A stretch of 64,000 nt of DNA, taken from contig OY763927.2 in assembly GCA_963667665.2 (NCBI GenBank), positions 224,001 through 288,000 on the forward strand. Direction: 5' to 3'. Below are positions 46,333 through 54,724 of this stretch, piece after piece (the first letter of the stretch is position 1; each line of letters begins with the position of its first letter). A model generated the notes under the pieces. It had not been told where the DNA came from and made no database searches. It saw nothing but the letters and a program-made list of their open reading frames with translations. The DNA is from Nitrosopumilus sp. (GTDB taxonomy: Archaea > Thermoproteota > Nitrososphaeria > Nitrososphaerales > Nitrosopumilaceae). Made by a program: the position numbers and the translations under genes.

Positions 46333-46393
46333 TTATTTTTTTACCATATGTTACTTTTAATATTTTACATTCAATACAATCTTTACTGAATCA

Positions 46394-46422
46394 TAAAACA
46401 CAGACATTCATTGCATGTTTTT
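46394..46422 (-). other. Putative recombination site type 2, copy b (TAAAACACAGA-CATTCAT-TGCATGTTTTT)
   Basis: Inverted relative to copy a. Confidence 0.5.
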
Positions 46423-46510
46423 TGTTTAAATCATGAATTAGTTGAAATTTTTGAAATACTTGATAACATAATACCCTTCATTTTTCTAATCTCAAATCAC
46501 AATTATCCTC

Positions 46511-46789
46511 ATGGGATTTATCAAATGTCTAGAATGCGGAGAAGTTTTAGAAAGTAAATCTGTCCATGATTTTGTGAGATGTTCTTGTGAGAATCAAACT
46601 TTCCTTGATGGAGGGGATGAATATGGTCGATATGGAGGCATGGATATGGATAAAATTCAGATAATTGACTCTACTACTATCAATTCATTCATTCAGAGAC
46701 ATTATCCTACATATGATTCAGAAGCAGATGATAGGCCCATACGTGAAGTGTTAGATGAAATCCATAGAAAATTGAAAAAATATACCTGA
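46511..46789 (+). CDS. Small Zn-ribbon protein of a phage-associated family
   Basis: IKCLECGEVLES.SVHDFV.CSC...DGG motif. Confidence 0.7.
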   Translation: MGFIKCLECGEVLESKSVHDFVRCSCENQTFLDGGDEYGRYGGMDMDKIQIIDSTTINSFIQRHYPTYDSEADDRPIREVLDEIHRKLKKYT

Positions 46790-46829
46790 AATGACATGAT
46801 GATAAAAGAAAACTATGATGGAGTAAAAT

Positions 46830-47012
46830 ATGAAGATCTTTCTGGAAAACAATTCCTACATTGTTAATGTAAAAAAATCTCCGGAGGGGGGTTTTATCGG
46901 ACAGTGTGTAGAGTTGTCAGTAGCAATAAGTCAAGGTGAAACAATTCAAGAATTAGAAGCAAACATCAAAGAGGCGATAGTGTTGGTTCTGCAAGAACTT
47001 GTGGACAAATGA
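46830..47012 (+). CDS. HicB-like antitoxin (no HicA partner visible)
   Basis: EGGFIGQCVEL..AISQGETIQELEANIKEAI. Confidence 0.8.
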   Translation: MKIFLENNSYIVNVKKSPEGGFIGQCVELSVAISQGETIQELEANIKEAIVLVLQELVDK

Positions 47013-47027
47013 TTCATGATTTAGACG

Positions 47028-47056
47028 AGAAACATGGGGAGATTGTATGTGTTTTG
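47028..47056 (+). other. Putative recombination site type 2, copy c (AGAAACATGGG-GAGATTG-TATGTGTTTTG)
   Basis: Same orientation as copy a; its flank GATTCAGCAAATATTG resembles the flank of copy b. Confidence 0.45.
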
Positions 47057-47111
47057 ATTCAGCAAATATTGAAGATTAGTTTATAATCGAAGATTTGTTT
47101 AATATAAAATC

Positions 47112-47771
47112 ATGGTAAATTATGCAATACCTGATCATATTACTTTGCAAAAACTAACCACTGTTTTCAAAAAATTATTTGATGCAGATTGTTTGATAGC
47201 TTTTAAAGATAATGAAGAATTTGATAAAATTTTTGAACGTACTAATTCCATAATGAAAATATCCGAAGCAAAGTTTGTGATACTTCAGGATGATGAATTA
47301 TTAGATAACTACAAAAAATTTTGGGCAGGTCATTTTATCAATGAATTTGATATTTATAATGATTTTATGCAACAAGCAGCTTCATACTTACTTAGTATGT
47401 TTGAACACATTAAGAGATTCTTAATGATGTTTTTAGATCTGAAAAAAATGAAACTACGTGAAAAATCCACGTTAGGTACTATTGTAATTGAAATCAGTAA
47501 AAAATGTGGCTATTCTTGGGATTCTTTAAATGATCTATTTGATGTGAATACTAGAAATATTATTGGTCATGATAATTGGTATTACAAAGAAAAAAATTTT
47601 GCTTATAAAGATGAGAATGGTGTAGAAAAAGAAATTACATTGAGTGAACTTGTTGAAAAAATAAAATATGTTACATCATTGAGTAATGCAATTGCTATGG
47701 TATGGCAACCATATATAGTGAAACTTGAAATCGACAGATACAAAGAAAATAAAAGAAATGTCTCAACATGA
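47112..47771 (+). CDS. Helical protein with HEPN-like motif
   Basis: STLG...LFDVNTRNIIGH (RxxxxH). Confidence 0.6.
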   Translation: MVNYAIPDHITLQKLTTVFKKLFDADCLIAFKDNEEFDKIFERTNSIMKISEAKFVILQDDELLDNYKKFWAGHFINEFDIYNDFMQQAASYLLSMFEHIKRFLMMFLDLKKMKLREKSTLGTIVIEISKKCGYSWDSLNDLFDVNTRNIIGHDNWYYKEKNFAYKDENGVEKEITLSELVEKIKYVTSLSNAIAMVWQPYIVKLEIDRYKENKRNVST

Positions 47772-47778
47772 TTGATCA

Positions 47779-47796
47779 TAAAACACGGACAATTGC
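47779..47796 (-). other. Putative recombination site type 2, copy d (half site TAAAACACGGA-CAATTGC)
   Basis: A few nt after the HEPN gene stop; second arm replaced by the 68-bp repeat. Confidence 0.45.
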
Positions 47797-47797
47797 A

Positions 47798-48019
47798 CTA
47801 TTTCAACAAGAATTCCATACAAGATCATGCAAGAGTAGAACACTATGAATCTCTTATGAAAAATCAAGATAATGAGGTAGTTGTCTAGACAACTTTTTTT
47901 CTATTTTGAAAATGGTTACAAATGATAACCATTTTTAGATATTTCATATCTATTTCAACAAAAATCCCATACAAGATCATGCAAGAGTAGAACACTTTAT
48001 GAATCTCTTATGAAAAATC
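47798..48019 (+). repeat. ~68-70-bp direct repeat (47798-47865, 47950-48019) enclosing IS-end hairpin copy 1
   Basis: CTATTTCAACAA...CCATACAAGATCATGCAAGAGTAGAACACT..ATGAATCTCTTATGAAAAATC twice. Confidence 0.9.
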
Positions 48020-48025
48020 TCAATT

Positions 48026-48988
48026 ATGAATCTGGTTTGGGTAGTAATTCCATTAGTTTTGATTGGGATTATTGGAATGCAAGAAGTATCTGCTTGTTCA
48101 TGTGCTATGTCAACAATAGAAGAAGCATTTGAAAATACTGAGGTTGTATTTTCAGGACTTGCAACAAACATTATTCATGTTGATGGTATTTACCATACAA
48201 ATTTTCTTGTTACAGACAAATGGAAGAATATTGAACAAGACATAATTCAAATCAATATATATTCAAATGATGGCACATGTGGTGTTAATTTTAAGATTAA
48301 TAAAAAATATATTATTTTTGCAGGTGAATATTCTGGAGATGATCCAAAAAAATCAGGATTGTATACTAGTGCATGTACTTATACACAATCAGTTGAGCAT
48401 GCAGGAATTAACACATTAAATTTTCTAGAAAATAATAGTATATTTTTTCAATCAGTCATGCCTCCATTAAAACAAATATCTACTGGAATCCATGTTAAAG
48501 ATGTAACTTGCAAAGAAGGATTAGATTTAATTTTCAAATCATCAGATAACTCTCCAGCTTGCGTAAGACCACAAACTGCTGAAAAATTAATACAACGAGG
48601 TTGGACAAACAAAGATGTTACTGATAGTGGATCAGAACCTTTGATTCGTGGAGCTCCAAGTCAACAAGTCAGAATTATTGATTTAGATGGCAACTTTCTA
48701 AATAATGCGATAGTAAATTCTAGTTCTTTTATTACTGTAGATGTAGCAAATCCAAAATCTACAGATCAACAATATCTTATAATTTTTGAAATTCAAAATG
48801 AAGAAAAAATACTAGTTGAACAAATATCTGAAATCGTTACTGTAAAATCAGGAGAATCATTTACACCAAAATTTGAGTGGATTCCTAAGGAAAAAGGAAG
48901 GCATTTGATAACTAATTTCTTCTTAGATGCATCTGATAATTCAACTGCAATATGGCCTCCTTATTCCACTACAATGCTTGTGAAATAA
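48026..48988 (+). CDS. Secreted protein: TIMP/NTR-like N-domain + thaumarchaeal PACV module + Ig-like C-domain
   Basis: Signal peptide then A|CSC...VVFSG...CGVNF...KYIIFA...SACT; PPLKQ..G...C..G...PACV.P.TAEKL..RGW. Confidence 0.7.
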   Translation: MNLVWVVIPLVLIGIIGMQEVSACSCAMSTIEEAFENTEVVFSGLATNIIHVDGIYHTNFLVTDKWKNIEQDIIQINIYSNDGTCGVNFKINKKYIIFAGEYSGDDPKKSGLYTSACTYTQSVEHAGINTLNFLENNSIFFQSVMPPLKQISTGIHVKDVTCKEGLDLIFKSSDNSPACVRPQTAEKLIQRGWTNKDVTDSGSEPLIRGAPSQQVRIIDLDGNFLNNAIVNSSSFITVDVANPKSTDQQYLIIFEIQNEEKILVEQISEIVTVKSGESFTPKFEWIPKEKGRHLITNFFLDASDNSTAIWPPYSTTMLVK

Positions 48989-49030
48989 TTTCAAATTTTC
49001 TATCTGCGTCCATTTTCATCCCTAAAAAGG

Positions 49031-49263
49031 TGGGTGAATCCCCGTGGAGTTGAATCTACATTGTATTTTATTTTGAAAATGGTTACAAATTATAACCATT
49101 TTTAGATATTTCATCTCTATTTCAACAAGAATCTAAATTCATCTTGCCATCTTCATCAGTATTCACTGGAATTTTCATTTCATTTCCAAAAAACTCTGTA
49201 ATGGAGTACTGTTTAGGAATAATTTTCTTACTGGAATTTTGAATCAATGTCTTCCATTTGTCC
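49031..49263 (-). mobile_element. SWIM-IS6 3' remnant (diverged allele) with downstream end
   Basis: Encodes DKWKTLIQNSSKKIIPKQYSITEFFGNEMKIPVNTDEDGKMNLDSC* plus the ~90-bp conserved end. Confidence 0.9.
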
Positions 49264-49596
49264 TGGGTGAATCCCCGTGGAGTTGAATCTACATTGTATT
49301 TTATTTTGAAAATGGTTACTAATTATAACCATTTTTAGATATTTCATATCTATTTCAACAAGACTCTAAATTCATTTTACCATCTTCGTCAGTATTGACT
49401 GGAATTTTGATTTCATTACCAAAAAACTCAGTTATTGAGTACTGTTTAGGCGTGATTTTCCTTTGAGCGTTTTGAATCAATGTCTTCCATTTATCCTCCC
49501 CTAGGATTCGAATCCCTGCAACTTCGGCAGGAGTTTTACCTCCAAGACTAGTATGTGGCCTGAAATAGTTGTGAAACAACTGATATCCTGAAATCA
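49264..49596 (-). mobile_element. SWIM-IS6 3' remnant (last ~80 codons) with downstream end
   Basis: Near-identical to 50471-50802. Confidence 0.9.
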
Positions 49597-49644
49597 TTGA
49601 AGAATTTTTTTTCTTTTTATATTATTAGAATTATTGATTATTCC

Positions 49645-49974
49645 ATGTCTATCTACAAATTATCCTACAGTGAAGTGATAACTGAAATAACCAAAGTGGT
49701 ACCTGGATGGAGTATTACAATCACTCCTAATGACTTTATTGAGAATCCAGAAAAGTATTCACAAATTAAAATTGTTGTAGTTAATGATGAGTTAACCATT
49801 ACTAGAGATGCAGTACTGCCAATCTTACAACCTCAAAAAATTCCATTTCATCTGAACATTATTAAATTGAATGTAGCTAATCTAATTTGTAAATATATAG
49901 AAAAGAATGATTTACAATTATTCCAAGAAATATGTGATCACTTTTCTAAAGTGTATGAGTCGAGATTGAATTAA
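49645..49974 (+). CDS. Hypothetical protein
   Basis: ORF from ATG 49645; no recognisable motif. Confidence 0.5.
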   Translation: MSIYKLSYSEVITEITKVVPGWSITITPNDFIENPEKYSQIKIVVVNDELTITRDAVLPILQPQKIPFHLNIIKLNVANLICKYIEKNDLQLFQEICDHFSKVYESRLN

Positions 49975-49982
49975 CCGAATAA

Positions 49983-50438
49983 ACTGGAAAGTCTTTTCCA
50001 TGTACACTTGGATTTGCTGCAACATATGGTGGTGATGGTGGATTCATTACTGCTGGACATTGCTTTGCATCATTATCTGTAGGTGCAGACGCTAAGCATC
50101 CAGAATCTGGTTCAAAGATAGGTGATTTAGTAGAAGAGCTTTATGGTCCTAACACATACATCTATTGTGACTGTGCATTTGTAGAATCTGATGCTGGTGA
50201 TATTCCAAACGGAGAAACATATGGTATGGCTGACGCATCTAGTGTTGGTAGTACAGTTTGGAATAAAGCAGTAAAATCTTCACAATCCCAAGATGGTATT
50301 GAAACTGGTAATGTAGATGCAACTTATGTGCATCTTTCAACTGGTGACGGTAGATATTGGATCGGAGTTGTAAGAACTGACATGCCTGGTCAGACTGGTG
50401 AATATGTATTCCGTGAATTTGTTGGAGGCCAAGACTAG
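49983..50438 (+). pseudogene. Internal fragment of an S1 (chymotrypsin-like) serine protease
   Basis: CTLGF...GFITAGHC...DCAFV; no start codon, and diverges just before the expected GDSGG. Confidence 0.75.
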
Positions 50439-50560
50439 AGCATGATAATAAAAATATCTGCAATTTTGTTTAGGTGAATCTCCATGAGTTGAACCTACAT
50501 TATATTTTATTTTGAAAATGGTTACTAATGATAACCATTTTTAGATATTTCATATCTATT

Positions 50561-51790
50561 TCAACAAGACTCTAAATTCATTTTACCATCTTCGTCAGTA
50601 TTGACTGGAATTTTGATTTCATTACCAAAAAACTCAGTTATTGAGTACTGTTTAGGCGTGATTTTCCTTTGAGCGTTTTGAATCAATGTCTTCCATTTAT
50701 CCTCCCCTAGGATTCGAATCCCTGCAACTTCGGCAGGAGTTTTACCTCCAAGACTAGTATGTGGTCTAAAATAGTTATGATACAACTGATATCCTGAAAT
50801 CACGACTGAATCCTTCTTTTTTACGCCTCGTGTTGTCTTTTCTTTGTCTCGAAATTCACCGTTTAATCTCTCCATCATGTTGTTGTTGTGATTTCCATCC
50901 AATCGTATAGTGTTGATGTGGATTGGTAATTCATTTCCATACACTCGAAATTCTTTTCTAAATGCTCTGTCATATACTGGAGAACCATCAGTGATGAATA
51001 CTGAAGGTGTACTCTGTGTGATTTCTTTTGCATTTGATAGTAACTTTCTTGCATCATGATGAAATTTTGTATCTGCAAGTTCTTTTGATATCCAGAATCT
51101 TGTCTTGTCATCCATTGACATGAACAAATATCTTTGACGCCCTTTTATTTTTAGAAAAATCTCATCTGCTCTCCAAATTGTTCCAACTTGCGGAACAATT
51201 GTTGCATTGAGGTGTGCTTGTATCATTTGTGTATAGTACGTAACCCATCGTGATACTGAATGGTGTGTAATATCAAGACCTATTAGATTCAAAGATTTTG
51301 CAACTCCCCTAAAGGATAATCCTGAAAAATAAAGATGCATTGCATATGTGATCACTTGAGGTTTGTACTTTCTGTTTTTGAATCCGACATTGTCACAATA
51401 TTTTCTATGACATTCCATACAATCATATTTTTGCTCCTTTCTTCTCTTATTGTATCTCCATCCATACTTTCGAAATTTATCAGAACCACAATACGGACAA
51501 CTGGTCTTGTCTATTTCTGGAATTATCCATGTTGGTTGTTTCATTTCTACGTGTTTGATCAGTCCTCTAAACTCTAATGCGTAGATGTGCTTGCATTTTT
51601 TCTGTTTGTATGAATAATCGTTACAGGTACATCCCCATTCTGATTTTGAAAGATGTACGATATAACCATCATTTGAATTAGTCTGAGACTTTACAAGAAA
51701 TTTTGTTTTGTTGATTCTTTTGATTTGATCTAGTATCCTTTCTGCAATCTTCTGCCCTTTCTGTTTTCTAGCCTCATTATATACTACCAT
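50561..51790 (-). CDS. IS6-like DDE transposase with SWIM and Zn-ribbon domains (intact)
   Basis: CTCND...CKHIYA, CPYC...CMEC, WRADE, FITDG, NNMMERLNG, HNYFRPH. Confidence 0.9.
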   Translation of the reverse strand: MVVYNEARKQKGQKIAERILDQIKRINKTKFLVKSQTNSNDGYIVHLSKSEWGCTCNDYSYKQKKCKHIYALEFRGLIKHVEMKQPTWIIPEIDKTSCPYCGSDKFRKYGWRYNKRRKEQKYDCMECHRKYCDNVGFKNRKYKPQVITYAMHLYFSGLSFRGVAKSLNLIGLDITHHSVSRWVTYYTQMIQAHLNATIVPQVGTIWRADEIFLKIKGRQRYLFMSMDDKTRFWISKELADTKFHHDARKLLSNAKEITQSTPSVFITDGSPVYDRAFRKEFRVYGNELPIHINTIRLDGNHNNNMMERLNGEFRDKEKTTRGVKKKDSVVISGYQLYHNYFRPHTSLGGKTPAEVAGIRILGEDKWKTLIQNAQRKITPKQYSITEFFGNEIKIPVNTDEDGKMNLESC

Positions 51791-51857
51791 AATTGGATTA
51801 TTGCATAATTGCTATTTAACCACAATTATATTTATATGGTATTACCTGTTAGTAATC

Positions 51858-52022
51858 ATGATGGAGTCCAAAAAAACCCCTGCTCGAGTGACTACTTCCC
51901 TTAAACTTGATCGCGAGACCTGGAAAAAAGCCAAGATTGCTGCAATTAACAAGGATGTGGAATTATCAACGCTAATTGATTATGCCATTAACTCTTATCT
52001 TAAAAAGGAACAGGGTAAATGA
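51858..52022 (+). CDS. Ribbon-helix-helix DNA-binding protein
   Basis: RVTTSLKLDRETWKKAKIAAINKDVELSTLIDYAINSYL. Confidence 0.8.
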   Translation: MMESKKTPARVTTSLKLDRETWKKAKIAAINKDVELSTLIDYAINSYLKKEQGK

Positions 52023-52618
52023 GTCAGGCATATGTTGTTAAACGATATAATACAAAACAAATTCTAACTGACAGTTTAAGATTCTGCACAAGACTCTCGA
52101 TTATTTTTACAACTCTTTTCTCATTGTTCATAAGCGCTGCTGTACTGAATGCTGGTACTTTTGTTGTTCCCTTTGACATTTGGGCTCTTTATGTATATGT
52201 CAGTTCAGTTTTCTTGTCTGGAATATGGGTTGTTTTGTTCCCTTCATCAATATTTTTGGCATTATACAATAAATTTGGATTACAAGAAATGGGTATGCAT
52301 TTATCTTGTTATGTAATGGCTCCTTTCTCTCTTTTGAAAAATGAAAAAGATAGACTTGTGAAAGAACGTTCTCTTAAAAATGATTGTGATTTAACTCCTG
52401 AAGAAATTGAACATGATGTAGATGTTGCTCAAATCGTTGCAAAAATAACCAAACTTCTTGTCACTGAATCTCTTCGTTCTACAAAAGCAATTGATGAAAG
52501 TGATGCAGTATTTTCTTCTGAAATACATGACGTTGAATCAAGAGTCAATGATAAAATCAATACTACTGACAAACGAGTTGACGCTTTAGAGGATAAACTA
52601 AATGGTAATGACAAATAA
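52019..52618 (+). CDS. Membrane protein with C-terminal coiled coil
   Basis: Two hydrophobic segments; ATGA overlap with the RHH gene. Confidence 0.65.
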   Translation: MSQAYVVKRYNTKQILTDSLRFCTRLSIIFTTLFSLFISAAVLNAGTFVVPFDIWALYVYVSSVFLSGIWVVLFPSSIFLALYNKFGLQEMGMHLSCYVMAPFSLLKNEKDRLVKERSLKNDCDLTPEEIEHDVDVAQIVAKITKLLVTESLRSTKAIDESDAVFSSEIHDVESRVNDKINTTDKRVDALEDKLNGNDK

Positions 52619-53159
52619 TTTTACCAGTGATATCGATTTACTAAAAAATGCTCTTGTGCTTGCACATGATAATCATGCTTTGCGGGAAAAATCTTTACGA
52701 TTAAATTCCATCACCAAACAAATTTTCTATCATTTGGAAACCCAGCATCTCATACATGACAAATCTTTTCCAAAAAATAACATAATTAAAAAAATGATGC
52801 AAAATATTGATTCCCTTGATGATCAGATATGCTCTCTTGTCATTCACACAATTGATGAGGATATGATAAAACAGGTTAAACCTGGAGTTGCCAGGATGGA
52901 ATTTGCATTATTTGTACATCGTGAAACTGCAAAATTATACAATATGAATAAAGACCTTTTTGATCTATTGGTTGGAGCCGCATATTGGTTTTTACACTAT
53001 TCAAGGCAATACCGAATTCCATTACCTGAGGCTGATGAATTATCAGAATTAATCAAAAATGAAGGATTTTTTGTTAATGGATATCAATCGAAAAGCGACA
53101 CGGAGAAAAATCACACTACAAAGAGACAGAATGTAAATGTTCAAAACTTAACCAGTTAA
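52602..53159 (+). CDS. Hypothetical protein
   Basis: 185-aa ORF overlapping the previous stop. Confidence 0.6.
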   Translation: MVMTNNFTSDIDLLKNALVLAHDNHALREKSLRLNSITKQIFYHLETQHLIHDKSFPKNNIIKKMMQNIDSLDDQICSLVIHTIDEDMIKQVKPGVARMEFALFVHRETAKLYNMNKDLFDLLVGAAYWFLHYSRQYRIPLPEADELSELIKNEGFFVNGYQSKSDTEKNHTTKRQNVNVQNLTS

Positions 53160-53160
53160 C

Positions 53161-54397
53161 ATGTCAAACCAGAAAAACGAACAAGGTTTCCGGGACATCG
53201 TTACGAAAGAAGAATTCAAGGTCTTGTATGACGCGTTGGAAATGTAAATATACCATTTTCAACAAAGTATAACGCCCTGTACGATCTTGAGGATGCCGCT
53301 CTGGTTTTGTTACACATGTGCAAGACAGGATCGACTGCCAACAAGGCCGTGGCAGATCTGTCAGTCATGCTCAAAGATGACAAAAACATCTGCATCCCGA
53401 CAGCTCAGTGGCTCTTAGGGATGATAAGTGCAATAGGTTCAGACAAGATGGACACCCTGTGCAGGCACATGTTAAATAATACGGTCAAGAACGGATTAGG
53501 TCTTGAGAAGAAGACAGGTCACATACTGGCCATAGACAAACACCTGATCCCGTTTACAGGTACAGACAGACACAATGACAGCCTTGTAGTCAGTGGCAAG
53601 CCCAAGGGCGGAACATCCAGGTTTGAGACGTACGCCACAATGCAGGCAGTCACAGAAGAACGGCTGCCTACAATAGCGGTCGTACACGTTACAGAGTATG
53701 TGACCAAGGTCGAATTCGTGCGTAAATTACTCTCAGAGGCGGTCAAACAGGGGTTCAAAAAGCCAGTGCTTTTCATGGATAGGGAGTTTGCCAATGTGGG
53801 GATGATGCGTTTTCTGAACGAGCGCGGTGAGAGATTCCTGATGGCAGTAAGCAAGACGCCTGGAATCAAGAAATCGGTCTTGGAGTTTTGCAATGGCAAA
53901 AGAAAGGCAATATCAAAATATTAGATGAGATCCAATGACGGAACAACATTCAGGGTTTGGCCGGTGATAAAAAAAGCGTCTCAAGGAAAAGAAGAGTAAG
54001 AGAAGATGGGAATATATGATGTATGCCACAAATGTGGAACGCTGGTACATAAAACGCACCATGAAAGATGTTCCTGAAGAATACAAAAAGCGCTGGCGCA
54101 TAGAGAACAACTTCAAACCAGTTGAGCAGATGCGTGCCCGCACCGGCAGCCGAAATCATTCGATCAGAGTCTTTATGTCATTTCTCTCTATGACTGTGTG
54201 CAACCTGTGGTATACGGCAGTACGAAAAATAAACAAGGTGTTAAAGATCAAGTTTGGGCGGCATGTCAAAAAAAATATGACAGCTAATGTATTCCTGATG
54301 TTGCTCATTGTATTGGCCGAGAGAATCGTGAAATCGGCAGCAGGGAATTAGAATGTTATTTGCAGTGTGTGCGATAGGGGTACATTTTGAACTTCTG
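53161..54397 (+). mobile_element. ISH3-like (DDE_Tnp_1) IS pseudogene with right terminal IR
   Basis: AIDKHLIPFTG, MDREF, YKKRWRIENNFK; frameshifts and a premature TAG; ends GTACATTTTGAACTTCTG. Confidence 0.85.
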
Positions 54398-54724
54398 ATA
54401 TCTGCAATACCCTGCAGTCTGCAATGTACATTCTTTTTTTACTTGGATGATATGCCCCTACCGTGTTTCTTTAAAGGCCGTGAAAAGCGACCAATTTGCG
54501 TGATTTCTAAAAAAAAAACAAGCCAAGTGTTTTGTCCAACATCATACACACAAAGTGTACGAAACATTTTGTCCGGTACTAGGCGTCGAGCTGTTCGTAA
54601 GCGTTATGGAAAGCGTGGAGTTGTGCGTCCAAGAGTACGTCAGAGTGTCCGCGGCATCGCCGTCCGTGACGGTTGCATCAAGGTTTACGGTGGAGCCCTC
54701 CCCTACGGTCTGGTCGCCTCCGGC

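Noticed and set aside
49029-49060. tRNA T-arm-like string (minus strand GATTCAACTCC...CCCACC)
   Set aside because: T-stem and acceptor stem do not pair; it is part of the IS end.
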